Source: a virus. Taken from it: a stretch of 64,000 nt of DNA. The notes beneath the pieces are model-generated. The model had not been told where the DNA came from and did not search any database. It saw only the letters and a list, made by a program, of their open reading frames with translations. The translations under genes and the position numbers were made by a program. The stretch lies in IMG/VR virus record IMGVR_UViG_3300030116_007754, positions 5,052 through 69,051 of that record; one strand, given 5' to 3'. This document shows positions 1 to 9,654 of this stretch, piece by piece (positions within the stretch are counted from its first letter, which is position 1; the number at the start of each line of letters is the position of its first letter).

Positions 1-777
1 TGTATTTCCACTTGTATCATCTCCAAACGCTGAGTTTGTTCCAAACTCTAATCTGAACCCATTTGTACCATATGTAATACCACTTAATGTCTTAGGGATC
101 CATCTTCCAGTTGAAGTATCTGTAATACCAAATGTATCTGGACCATAGCTTTGACCATCAGTAAAATTTACTTCTGCCAAATAACCATCCAAATATCTTG
201 AATTATTATAATTATATCTACCAATGACCATTGGTCTAGATGTCTGACTAGTTCCAAACTCTGCATTCAAAGCAGGATAATTTGTTGTTTGCAATGTTTG
301 TTCAGTTCCATCTACATAAATTTTTGATCTGTCGCTATCAGTTGATTGGGTAGTGTCCATTCTCACAACGATATGATACCATTTTGATGTATCTTCGAAA
401 GTTGAATTTGTTCGAATACTTAAATCTAAACTACTACCACTATCATTACCTTGTACATATATGGTACCGTCACTATAATGCATTATATAAAATAAACTTG
501 CAGCATTTCCACTTGCAGAATTACCAAACAAATCTTTTGATGCACCTAATTTCGAAGGTTTAAACCAACAACTAAATGTAAATATTTTAGCATTACCATT
601 TGAACTCGGTGTTCTACTGAGATATTCACTATTCCCACTATCAAACAAACAACTCTTAGCTATAGTACCATTATCAGTATATGGTACAAATTTACCTACA
701 CGTTGTCCAGTACCATTACCTTCATAAACTATAGGAAAACAATGTAGTTGTCCATTTGTAACTGTTGGTATTGCCAT
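1..777 (-). CDS. LamG/ConA-like virion fibre protein, cassette 4 gene C (runs off window, 3' end missing)
   Basis: Not in ORF track. ATG at 777 overlaps the upstream TAA (TAATG). Translates MAIPTVTNGQLHCFPIVYEGNGTGQRVGKFVPYTDNGTIAKSCLFD...DTSKWYHIV...TSTGRWIPKTLSGITYGTNGF, paralogous to 2916-5399, 16898-19252 and 21820-24216. Confidence 0.85.
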   Translation of the reverse strand, partial: MAIPTVTNGQLHCFPIVYEGNGTGQRVGKFVPYTDNGTIAKSCLFDSGNSEYLSRTPSSNGNAKIFTFSCWFKPSKLGASKDLFGNSASGNAASLFYIMHYSDGTIYVQGNDSGSSLDLSIRTNSTFEDTSKWYHIVVRMDTTQSTDSDRSKIYVDGTEQTLQTTNYPALNAEFGTSQTSRPMVIGRYNYNNSRYLDGYLAEVNFTDGQSYGPDTFGITDTSTGRWIPKTLSGITYGTNGFRLEFGTNSAFGDDTSGNT

Positions 778-2237
778 TACACTAATCCTGTTATTATGTT
801 TCTAGTACAAATTGCTAAAGCACCTGTTGGTGGTTGTTTTTTAAAGTTTCCTAATCCGTTTGCATCTGTGTGTGTATTTCCAGCAAGTTGTCCACCAAAT
901 GTACTATCTTGCCCAAAATTAACTCTAGCTACAAAATTAGCTGTATATCCAGTTTGTAAAGGAGCAACACCTTGTTCTGATCCAACTGTGTTTGTACTAA
1001 TAAATGGTAACCATCCTGAATATGTAGAAGCTATAGATACAGCTGAACCTATAGTTGATCCATCTTCGTAGAACTGTACTGTATAATTATCTAAATCTAT
1101 CATTATTCCTGTAACTTCATTAGTAGTAGGAGTGCCTCCAAGAAGTTCAACTGAAGGACCGTCTTTAAATATACGATTACCCCATCTCCCTACAGTGGAT
1201 CCTCCACTATTAGGAACATTTGTTGGTGTATGTTTGCGATTAGTAACATTTTGAGTTTTGAATCCAGCATATCCACCATATATGTTTGCAGCAATGACTA
1301 TTTGTTCCCAGTACCATTTTCCAGAATTAGGTACCATTAAAGTTCCAGAACCTCCATCATTATATTGATTACTATAATAATTGTGTCCAAGACCACCATT
1401 AAAAATACCTATACTTGGTGTTTTATTAACTGTACTAAGAACACACCAATTGTTAGTTGGTGAGTCAGGCATTTGATCATGAGCTGCAAGTCCACTAGTT
1501 GTAAAATCATTATTGTTTCCACTTGAATCATTTCCTAAATCAGAAGAGTCTTCCCCTTTTATACTAAATCCATTAGTACCATAACTTCCATCATACTCTT
1601 TAGGGATCCAAATATTAGAACTGTTGAATTCTCCAAAGTATTCCGGACCATATGCATAGCCATCTAAAAAATAAATTTCAGCTAGGTAACCATCTAAGTA
1701 TTGATTAGAACTTCCTCGTTGGATAGCCCCTATTTCATGAGATAAATTATTATTCCATTGACCTTCATAATTTAAAGATGGGTAAGTTTCAACATCAAAA
1801 TTAGTTATTCTTTGACCATTAATATACATTCGAAGCCTTTCAGCTGATATTGCATTTGTAGTATCCATTGAAAAAACTAAATGGTACCAAGCTGATGGAT
1901 CCATTAAAAGTTGTGTTGACTGCAATCTCCAATTGGTTGCTCCATTTGTATAATCAAAAATATCTAATTCATTTTGTGGGTTAAACCTTATAACCCCATA
2001 AGTTCCAGAACCACTATTACTTGTTTGCGGTCCAAAAATATTTTGATTAGTACTTAAATTACTTCTTTTTACCCAGCAACTAAATGTGAGTGTTCTACGA
2101 TTACTTGCAGTGAAGGTCCTTGACATGTATGCAGTATCATCATCATTAAATCTTATAGATTTTTCAACCTCATAAACATCTTCACCTTGATTAGCAGATG
2201 CTCCAAATCTAAATGAATGGTCCTTAAAAACAGGCAT
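777..2237 (-). CDS. LamG + SPRY/B30.2-like virion fibre protein, cassette 4 gene B
   Basis: SIRFN..TFSCWVKRS..DPSAWYHLV..YLDGYLAEIYFLDG (LamG-like); SGKWYWE..GIMIDLDN..NFGQD (SPRY-like). Confidence 0.75.
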   Translation of the reverse strand: MPVFKDHSFRFGASANQGEDVYEVEKSIRFNDDDTAYMSRTFTASNRRTLTFSCWVKRSNLSTNQNIFGPQTSNSGSGTYGVIRFNPQNELDIFDYTNGATNWRLQSTQLLMDPSAWYHLVFSMDTTNAISAERLRMYINGQRITNFDVETYPSLNYEGQWNNNLSHEIGAIQRGSSNQYLDGYLAEIYFLDGYAYGPEYFGEFNSSNIWIPKEYDGSYGTNGFSIKGEDSSDLGNDSSGNNNDFTTSGLAAHDQMPDSPTNNWCVLSTVNKTPSIGIFNGGLGHNYYSNQYNDGGSGTLMVPNSGKWYWEQIVIAANIYGGYAGFKTQNVTNRKHTPTNVPNSGGSTVGRWGNRIFKDGPSVELLGGTPTTNEVTGIMIDLDNYTVQFYEDGSTIGSAVSIASTYSGWLPFISTNTVGSEQGVAPLQTGYTANFVARVNFGQDSTFGGQLAGNTHTDANGLGNFKKQPPTGALAICTRNIITGLV

Positions 2238-2240
2238 AAA

Positions 2241-2888
2241 TTATCCCATATTCAATGTAGCTACAGCATGGATTGCATTAGCTGCAACTACGTAGTAATC
2301 AATACGATCCTCTGCACTTGCTGTTGTGGTTAATGTTGGGGCAGTTCCTCCTGGAAACTCCCATGCACTAGCATAGCTCAGTGTTCTGGATCCAGTACCA
2401 TCTTGTTTGACTACAATTGTTCCTGCCTGTCCAACTGTTGGATTAGATGGTAAGTTTAGATGTGTATTAATACCTAGTGTTAAATTAAACATATTAGCAT
2501 TTGCAAAATTAAGCTGTACATTAGCTGCACCTACTGTTACAGATTCAACTCTTCCAGCTTGAGCTTTTTGAAAAGTATGAGTATTATGAGTAAATACTCC
2601 GTTTGCTGTAGCTATATCTCCTGCTACTGCATTTGCATTTAGTTCTGAGGATCCAATTGCATTGCTTTGTATTTTTGCACTACTTACTGAGTCAGCTGCT
2701 AAGTTAACAGCTGTAATAACTCCAGAACCAATCTTTGTGTTTGCTGATACAGCTCCTGTAGCTATTTCTGTTGGTCCTACTGCTCCTGTAGCAATAAGAT
2801 CTGCAGTTATAACACCAGAAGATAAAACTGTGTTAGCGTTGATAGCTCCTGCACCTATAAAACCTGTGTTAATTTTTGTTTGAGACAT
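2241..2888 (-). CDS. Short tail-fibre-like protein, cassette 4 gene A
   Basis: ~10-aa GAVTAxxIA-type repeats followed by the conserved C-terminal domain QDGTGSRTLSY..WEFPGGTAPTLTTTA..DRIDY. Confidence 0.7.
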   Translation of the reverse strand: MSQTKINTGFIGAGAINANTVLSSGVITADLIATGAVGPTEIATGAVSANTKIGSGVITAVNLAADSVSSAKIQSNAIGSSELNANAVAGDIATANGVFTHNTHTFQKAQAGRVESVTVGAANVQLNFANANMFNLTLGINTHLNLPSNPTVGQAGTIVVKQDGTGSRTLSYASAWEFPGGTAPTLTTTASAEDRIDYYVVAANAIHAVATLNMG

Positions 2889-2904
2889 ACTTTACCTTTT
2901 TATC

Positions 2905-2912
2905 TATTTATA
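2905..2912 (-). promoter_or_regulatory. T4-type late promoter TATAAATA
   Basis: Exact TATAAATA on the minus strand just upstream of cassette 4. Confidence 0.7.
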
Positions 2913-2915
2913 TGT

Positions 2916-5399
2916 TTACTTAGCAGTTACTGGATTTGTTCCGTCACCAATGAATGGGTGTTCAGCGAACGCTATATAAATAAACACTTCTCCAGATCTG
3001 TTACTACCTGCATTGTTACTTCTTAATTTAAATCCATTTGATAAAAAATCTATTTGTTCTGATCCTGTTGTTTCAGCGTTAGTTAAGTCTGGATAAACAA
3101 CACCATCCATTTGATTGAAAGGTGTACGTTTATTATCATACAAATACCAACTTGTTGCTCTTTGACGATTTCTAAGTAACAACCATGACGGCTTAAACCC
3201 AGTGTATATAAATGGACCATTTGAGTTTGCATTTCCCTTGTATGATCCAAATTTTGAAAAACCTTCTACTTCATGAAAAGCATACGTAACATAAGATTCT
3301 CCATTGCCATTAATAATTGCTGATGTTCCTAAAGTAATAACTGTGGATGATGGTGCCGTTGAATTGGTATAAGATGTGGATTGTATTTGTTGTTCAGCAT
3401 TATTTAAGTCTACAAAATATGAGCCGTCTGTTAATTTATGATGCCAAACCATCCAATCTCTATTATTAGTACTTGTATTTTTTGTTATTAGAAAAGTAGG
3501 TGCTTGTGATAGTCCGTGTCCAATAGTGGCTCCATTGGTACCATTACCAGTATGTTGAATTATGGAAAACCCAGCAGTTGAATTAACTTGAACGGTCGAA
3601 TCAATTGATCCTGTATCATTAGTTGAAGTAGTTCCTCCGTTACATACCCAATTCCAACTAACATATTTTTCATCTTGTGTATTAATAGATACATCATCTT
3701 CTATTTGAAATCCACCTTTTAAAAACTTTTGTAATCCATCTGTTGTTGTACTTTCTTGAGTTGTAGATATATTTAAATCTTTTTGTGGACCTCTATTACT
3801 ATCATAAATTTGATGAGCGTCAGAAGCATCTCTGTTTTTAATCCAAACCCAATCTGGTTGATCTTTATTGGTTTCTGCCATATTATCTTGTCGTAACATT
3901 TTAAAACCACTTGGAACACTATGATAAAAGTTTCCATTACCATCTCCATCTGAATTACCACCTGCTGTTTCATTACCATCAAAAGTAGGATTATCACCAA
4001 AGTTCCAATTAAAAGTATCACTGGATGTGACTGCCATAGCTGTAAACATAATTCTGCCTGGTCGCAGTATAGAAGCACTTCCAAGTGAACTTCCACTATT
4101 TGAATACCAAGTGACTAAAGAATTATCTACATCAACTGCGATACCAATTACATCACCAGCAGCAAGAGCAGTTCCAGTTAAATTTGTTTGAACTGACGAA
4201 GATAAAGTTGAACTTGTAAGCCATCTATTACCATCATTTCTTATTTGCATGCCAACACCACAACCATCACCATTTGACAATTGTCCTCCTGGATAAAAGT
4301 TATATGTGTTATCCCAATAGTGCATATCTTCTTGGATGTAAATACCAAATGTTATGACATTACCACCTCCATTACTAGATATTCGTGCTTCTGCATACCA
4401 TTTTCCGGAATTTGGTCTTAGTGTTGAACACATAGGATAACCAGCATTAGTTCCTGTAGGTGTGTATTGTAAATTACCTTTTCTTTGTGTAGTGACGTAA
4501 CTAGGGTTGTATGGTCTCATTGTAGGTAGATTATTTGTAGGTGTGTCACTTCGTTGGTCTGAAGTAGTTAAATTTGAAGATGCATAATCATTAGTATTTC
4601 CACTTGTGTCATCTCCCAGAGATGAACTATCTTGGAACTTCATTCTAAACCCATTTGTACCATATGTAATACCACTTAATGTCTTAGGAATCCATCTGCC
4701 AGTTGAAGTGTCAGTTAAACCAAAGGTTGTAGGAGCAACTATACTTCCATCAACTAAATTAAATTCAGCTAAATATCCATCAAGATTGTTTGAAGTGGCT
4801 CCAGTAAATCTACCAACATTATGCAATACAGTTGAATTTACTAATGTATCAAAATCTTGACTTGGTGCATTAGACCTATACCAACTTGTTACTTGATCAC
4901 CGTCAATGTAAAGTTTTATTCTGTCAGTTGAATTAGATTGAGTCGTGTCTACTTGTAATAAAATATGATACCATTTACTCGTATCTTCGAATGTTCTATT
5001 TGTCCAATATTCTATTTGTTCAGCACTACTTGAATATTCTCTTATATGTAATCTGTTTGCACCCTCCGTATCTCCACTTCCTGACCATTTAATATCAAAA
5101 AAAGAACTTCCACTTGAACCAGCATTAAAAATTCTTTGACCATAAGTATTGTTACCTACAGCATCACCTAATAGAGATCTTTTTGCCCATACTGAAACAG
5201 TAAATGTTTTTCTATTACCAGCACTACTTGGTGTTCTAGTTAGCGAAACATTTGAAGAAGAATCAAACATACAACTTTTATCAATTGTACCATTATCGGT
5301 ATATGGTAAGAATGTACCTACTCTTTGACCCTGACCATTACCTGAGTATATAGTTGTAAAGAAATACTCTTCTCCTCTAATGATTGCAGGGATAGGCAT
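2916..5399 (-). CDS. LamG + SPRY virion fibre protein, cassette 3 gene C
   Basis: YFFTTIYSGNG start, LamG, SPRY (SGKWYAE), then PDWVWIKNRD..AGFSII..HGLSQAP..GFSKFGSYKGN..YIAFAEHPF C-terminal domain. Confidence 0.75.
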   Translation of the reverse strand: MPIPAIIRGEEYFFTTIYSGNGQGQRVGTFLPYTDNGTIDKSCMFDSSSNVSLTRTPSSAGNRKTFTVSVWAKRSLLGDAVGNNTYGQRIFNAGSSGSSFFDIKWSGSGDTEGANRLHIREYSSSAEQIEYWTNRTFEDTSKWYHILLQVDTTQSNSTDRIKLYIDGDQVTSWYRSNAPSQDFDTLVNSTVLHNVGRFTGATSNNLDGYLAEFNLVDGSIVAPTTFGLTDTSTGRWIPKTLSGITYGTNGFRMKFQDSSSLGDDTSGNTNDYASSNLTTSDQRSDTPTNNLPTMRPYNPSYVTTQRKGNLQYTPTGTNAGYPMCSTLRPNSGKWYAEARISSNGGGNVITFGIYIQEDMHYWDNTYNFYPGGQLSNGDGCGVGMQIRNDGNRWLTSSTLSSSVQTNLTGTALAAGDVIGIAVDVDNSLVTWYSNSGSSLGSASILRPGRIMFTAMAVTSSDTFNWNFGDNPTFDGNETAGGNSDGDGNGNFYHSVPSGFKMLRQDNMAETNKDQPDWVWIKNRDASDAHQIYDSNRGPQKDLNISTTQESTTTDGLQKFLKGGFQIEDDVSINTQDEKYVSWNWVCNGGTTSTNDTGSIDSTVQVNSTAGFSIIQHTGNGTNGATIGHGLSQAPTFLITKNTSTNNRDWMVWHHKLTDGSYFVDLNNAEQQIQSTSYTNSTAPSSTVITLGTSAIINGNGESYVTYAFHEVEGFSKFGSYKGNANSNGPFIYTGFKPSWLLLRNRQRATSWYLYDNKRTPFNQMDGVVYPDLTNAETTGSEQIDFLSNGFKLRSNNAGSNRSGEVFIYIAFAEHPFIGDGTNPVTAK

Positions 5400-6751
5400 T
5401 ATGCTGCTCCTAAGTTAATTGAATTTATTGCATTAGACTCAGTAATACCAGATGGAGTTTGAGTCCATTCATTATACGCAAATCTAGCTGTACCATTTCT
5501 AGTACCATACAATAAAATATATGGACTTACAAATCCTGACGGTCCAGCATTAAATGCTTCACTTAAATTACCTTGACTTACTCCATTTTTATAAAATGTT
5601 ACATTGTTAGTTGAAGTATCTGTATCTATTTTACAACCTATAACATCTCCTGTTGTATATGTAGCTCCATAACTAACTGTTGAAGAAGCATTATTATAAG
5701 TTTTTCCATTAATTGCGTATGTGACCCAACCTTCTGTGTCACCATAACTATTATCATCAGTCACACTTCTACTGGACTCAGACCAACCTATACTAAACTG
5801 GCCACTACTTGAACCTGCTGAATCAACATATAATTCATAATACCAAATACCACTATTAAGAGGAACTTGAATAGTTGTAAAACCACCTTTCCATGCAGAA
5901 CTAGAAGTTGCAGCGTTTAGGTTACCATTAGAATAAACTTGTGCTGAACCTGTAATAGGGTTCCATGTACAATGATTATTTGTAGGAGAGTCAGTTTTTT
6001 GATCATTAGCAGCTAGGTTAGATGCACTAAAATCATTATCATTTCCAGACTCATCATCTCCTAAATCAGAACTATCTCTACCATCAATTTTAAATCCATT
6101 AGTTCCATACGATCCAGAATATTCTTTTGGTATCCATATACCATTATTGTTTGTTTCACCAAAGTATTCGGGACCATAACCATAACCATCAATAAAATGT
6201 ATCTCCGCCAAATAGCTATCAAGTCTATTTGTAGATGTATTTGCACCACCAATATAATGAGCTTGGTTATTATTGAAATAACCTGAAGCATAATTTTCAG
6301 ATGGATAATTTATAGTAGAAAAACTTGTTTGTCTTTCACCATTTACATAAAATCTCAATCTTTCAGTTGATACTGCTTGAGTTGAATCATGAACAAGTAC
6401 AAAATGATACCATGCAGAATGATCTCTAAAAACTCGGTTTGTAATCATCATGTTTCCTGTTGGTTGATTCCAAACATAAAATTTATCAGCATAAAAATAA
6501 ATGTAATCAGCAGAATTTCCAAATGCAAGGTCTGTTCCAAATATAATTTCAGTTGAACTACCAGTTACTCCTCCTCGTTTTAGCCACCAACTAAAAGTAT
6601 ATGTTTTTCTATCACCAGCACCACTAAATGTTTTTGACAAATAAGCGTTATCATTTCGATTAAATCTAATTGATTGGTCTATTGTGTAAGTTGCTACAGC
6701 TGTACTACCACTTGCTCCTTGTCTAATTAAGCCATCTTTGAATATCGACAT
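5399..6751 (-). CDS. LamG + SPRY virion fibre protein, cassette 3 gene B
   Basis: Paralog of 777-2237; DHSAWYHFV, SGIWYYE, GDVIGCKID motifs. Confidence 0.75.
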   Translation of the reverse strand: MSIFKDGLIRQGASGSTAVATYTIDQSIRFNRNDNAYLSKTFSGAGDRKTYTFSWWLKRGGVTGSSTEIIFGTDLAFGNSADYIYFYADKFYVWNQPTGNMMITNRVFRDHSAWYHFVLVHDSTQAVSTERLRFYVNGERQTSFSTINYPSENYASGYFNNNQAHYIGGANTSTNRLDSYLAEIHFIDGYGYGPEYFGETNNNGIWIPKEYSGSYGTNGFKIDGRDSSDLGDDESGNDNDFSASNLAANDQKTDSPTNNHCTWNPITGSAQVYSNGNLNAATSSSAWKGGFTTIQVPLNSGIWYYELYVDSAGSSSGQFSIGWSESSRSVTDDNSYGDTEGWVTYAINGKTYNNASSTVSYGATYTTGDVIGCKIDTDTSTNNVTFYKNGVSQGNLSEAFNAGPSGFVSPYILLYGTRNGTARFAYNEWTQTPSGITESNAINSINLGAA

Positions 6752-6764
6752 TCAATAGACTCCA

Positions 6765-7379
6765 TTATGTTACATTAAGTGACGCTACAGCATGAATAGC
6801 ATTTGCAGCAACTACAAGATAATCTATTCTATCTTGAGCATTAGCTGTTGTTGTAAGAGTTGGAGCGGTACCTCCTGGAAACTCCCATGCACCAGCATAG
6901 CTTAATGTTCTAGATCCAGTTCCGTCCTGAGTTACTATAATACTTCCACCCTGTCCAACAGTTGGGTTAGATGGTAAGTTTAAATGAGTATTAATATTTA
7001 ATGTCAAGTTAAATATATTTGCATTGGCAAAGTTAAGTTGTACATTAGCTGCACCAACTGTTACTGATTCTACTCTACCAGATTGTGCTTTCTGATATGT
7101 ATGGGTATTGTGTGTAAATACTCCATTTGAAGAGGCTATATCTCCAACAACTGCATTTGCATTTAGTTGTATAGCACCAACTGCATTACCTCTTATCTTA
7201 GCAGATGTAACAGCATTGGAAGTTATTTTTGAATCTGTAATTGATAAATTTGCTATTTCTGATGTTCCAACATTTCCTGTAGCAATGAGATCTGCAGTTA
7301 TAACACCAGAAGATAAAACTGTGTTAGCAGTTATTGCTCCTGCTCCTATTCCCGCTGTTCCTATTTTTGATAAAGCCAT
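6765..7379 (-). CDS. Short tail-fibre-like protein, cassette 3 gene A
   Basis: Close paralog of 2241-2888. Confidence 0.7.
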   Translation of the reverse strand: MALSKIGTAGIGAGAITANTVLSSGVITADLIATGNVGTSEIANLSITDSKITSNAVTSAKIRGNAVGAIQLNANAVVGDIASSNGVFTHNTHTYQKAQSGRVESVTVGAANVQLNFANANIFNLTLNINTHLNLPSNPTVGQGGSIIVTQDGTGSRTLSYAGAWEFPGGTAPTLTTTANAQDRIDYLVVAANAIHAVASLNVT

Positions 7380-7393
7380 ATTTAATCCTCTTA

Positions 7394-9013
7394 TTATTTA
7401 TCTTCAATTTCTGGATTTGCATATTTAGTCATGTTATCAACTAGAGATTTTTCTTCTTCTGAAATAGTGTTTGCAGCTACAAAACTTTCTTGTTGTTCTT
7501 GTTCATTATCTTGCTGCTCATCACCTGACACATCATCTTCTGGTTCTTGTCTTTCTTCAACATCCATTTGTTTATCTTCATCTGCAATCTCATCCTCTGT
7601 CATTCTAAGTACATGAGATCTAACATACTGTTTACTAAAATATTTTCCTACAAATGAATCTACTTCTCCTAACAATCTTAATCTATCGCCCATAATCTCA
7701 CTATACTTTAATTCTGCAAAATGGTTATCTTCTAAGAAATCATAATGAATATGTTCTCTCATTTCTTTCCATTCTGATCTTGAAGTAACACCAGTAAGAA
7801 TTAGTTGAGTTTCAAGAATATTATCAAATAGTTGTGTAAATCTATTTCTTAATCTAGCAACAAACTTTGTAAACTTTAACTCATCTCTAGTTATTTCAGA
7901 TGCTCTACCTAAATTAAAATTACTTTCAGGTTCCATTCTACTAATAGGAACATTTAACGCTTTATATAACTTCTTTTTAAAATATTCTACATCTTCCATT
8001 TCACCCAAGTTTTGTCCACCAGGTAAAGTTGTAATCTCAGTACTTCTACCACCTTCTCTTCTTGGTAACCAAAAGTCTTCCAACATAGTCATAAATTTTC
8101 TGTCATCTCTTACTTCACCAGTTTGAGCATCATAAACTAATTTATTTTTATGTTTAACCATCATATCTCTAAGATATTGTTCTGCTTTCATCTTAGGTAA
8201 GTTTCCAACATCAATATAAAATATTCTTCTTTCAGGTGCTCTTGCTAATCTATAGATAACAGTTGCATCTTCTAACATTCTTAACTGATTTAATGGTTTG
8301 ATAGCTTTATGTAAATGACCAAGTATCATAGCCATTCTGTTATCTAATAATCCTGTATGACAGAATATTATACTATCTTTACTAATCTTTAATCCTTGAT
8401 TACTTCTATTAATACCTCTTGGATGGTAGATATAATATTCAAGATAACCTTTTGTAAGGATGGCATTCATTTTATCATCCTTAGATTTAATAGGCTGTTT
8501 AACTTTTCTTATTTTTCTTGGATCAACTTGTCTAAGTTCTTGAATACCATCTCTTGGATTTTTTTCATCAATAACTACATGATAATATAATCTTCCATCT
8601 ATATACCATCTTCTAAATAAATCATAAGCATTGGTGGTAAAATGTAACAATCTTAATACTTTATCAAATTCTTCTCTTATTCTATTTTTAATTCCAACAC
8701 TTGCTTTAAGATCATCCAACACTATACTTACGGCTGGATCCTTTTCATTGTAAACTATAGCTTCATTTACTATATCATCAATAGCCAGATCAGCTTCTGG
8801 TTGTGTTGACATCTCTCTATATCTGGTAACAAGCTCTGCTTCAGACTTGGCAGTGCCTTCTAAATCTACATATGTTCCGTAAACACCACCGGGCGCTATC
8901 TCTAGCGCACCGTCATTATCCTGTGGTGGAACAAACGACTTGAAATTATCGTTTTTTAATTTTTCTATCTCTGCTTTTCGGCCTATGGTAAAGCCAAATA
9001 AATCTATTGCCAT
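7394..9013 (-). CDS. gp20: Portal vertex protein (T4 gp20)
   Basis: YRLARAPERRIFYIDVGNLPKMKAEQYLRD..EDFWLPRREGGRSTEITTLPGGQNLG signature. Confidence 0.97.
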   Translation of the reverse strand: MAIDLFGFTIGRKAEIEKLKNDNFKSFVPPQDNDGALEIAPGGVYGTYVDLEGTAKSEAELVTRYREMSTQPEADLAIDDIVNEAIVYNEKDPAVSIVLDDLKASVGIKNRIREEFDKVLRLLHFTTNAYDLFRRWYIDGRLYYHVVIDEKNPRDGIQELRQVDPRKIRKVKQPIKSKDDKMNAILTKGYLEYYIYHPRGINRSNQGLKISKDSIIFCHTGLLDNRMAMILGHLHKAIKPLNQLRMLEDATVIYRLARAPERRIFYIDVGNLPKMKAEQYLRDMMVKHKNKLVYDAQTGEVRDDRKFMTMLEDFWLPRREGGRSTEITTLPGGQNLGEMEDVEYFKKKLYKALNVPISRMEPESNFNLGRASEITRDELKFTKFVARLRNRFTQLFDNILETQLILTGVTSRSEWKEMREHIHYDFLEDNHFAELKYSEIMGDRLRLLGEVDSFVGKYFSKQYVRSHVLRMTEDEIADEDKQMDVEERQEPEDDVSGDEQQDNEQEQQESFVAANTISEEEKSLVDNMTKYANPEIEDK

Positions 9014-9027
9014 GACTACCCTTTAGT

Positions 9028-9056
9028 ATTGTACTATAATACTATTTATAGGTCAA
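9028..9056 (-). promoter_or_regulatory. Composite promoter: sigma70 TTGACC-N17-TACAAT with late TATAAATA in the spacer
   Basis: -35 at 9051-9056, -10 at 9028-9033, TATAAATA at 9043-9050; upstream of gp20. Confidence 0.65.
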
Positions 9057-9077
9057 TACCTTTTTCAATCAATATTA

Positions 9078-9626
9078 CTAGTTGCCGCCAGCGTTACCAG
9101 TAACTCCACCAGAAACTTCCCAATAATCATATGTGAAAGTAACTGTGAACTCACTAATAGCATCAGCAGCCCAATCCATTTCAATAGCAGCAACTTCTGT
9201 TGGAAAAATACCTACAAAGTTGTATACTCTTAATGGAACACCAGTTTTACTGAACTGAGTCACTTGAGCATTTGACTTATAAAGTGTTGGTGACGAAGCA
9301 CCAAAGTTTCTAAGGTTTCCTTGAAAACTATTAATAGTATTAGACCACTGTTCCATTGCATTTCTTATTGCAAAGTCTTCATCATTGATAACTGTAACCG
9401 TCCAGTCAGCAAATGTTCTATTTCCAGCTATTCTTAACTGTCTACCAAAATAAGGAACATCATTAATACCTAAGGTAGCAGCTGGAATCTGAGCAGCTCT
9501 ACACAATAATGGTGTTTGGATATCTGCAGCAGCATTAGCCGGGTTAGTAATGTTGACTTGAAATAAGGATGGTCTAGCACCACCAAATTTAAGAGCACCT
9601 GCGAATAAGTTTATGTTGAATGCCAT
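9078..9626 (-). CDS. gp19: Tail tube protein (T4 gp19)
   Basis: GGARPSLFQV..VPYFGRQLRIAGNRTFADWTVTVINDEDF..FTVTFTYDYW. Confidence 0.95.
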   Translation of the reverse strand: MAFNINLFAGALKFGGARPSLFQVNITNPANAAADIQTPLLCRAAQIPAATLGINDVPYFGRQLRIAGNRTFADWTVTVINDEDFAIRNAMEQWSNTINSFQGNLRNFGASSPTLYKSNAQVTQFSKTGVPLRVYNFVGIFPTEVAAIEMDWAADAISEFTVTFTYDYWEVSGGVTGNAGGN

Positions 9627-9645
9627 TTGTTTTTTCTCCTACTCT

Positions 9646-9653
9646 TATTTATA
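9646..9653 (-). promoter_or_regulatory. Late promoter TATAAATA
   Basis: Exact match upstream of the gp19 RBS (AGGAG). Confidence 0.75.
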
Positions 9654-9654
9654 C

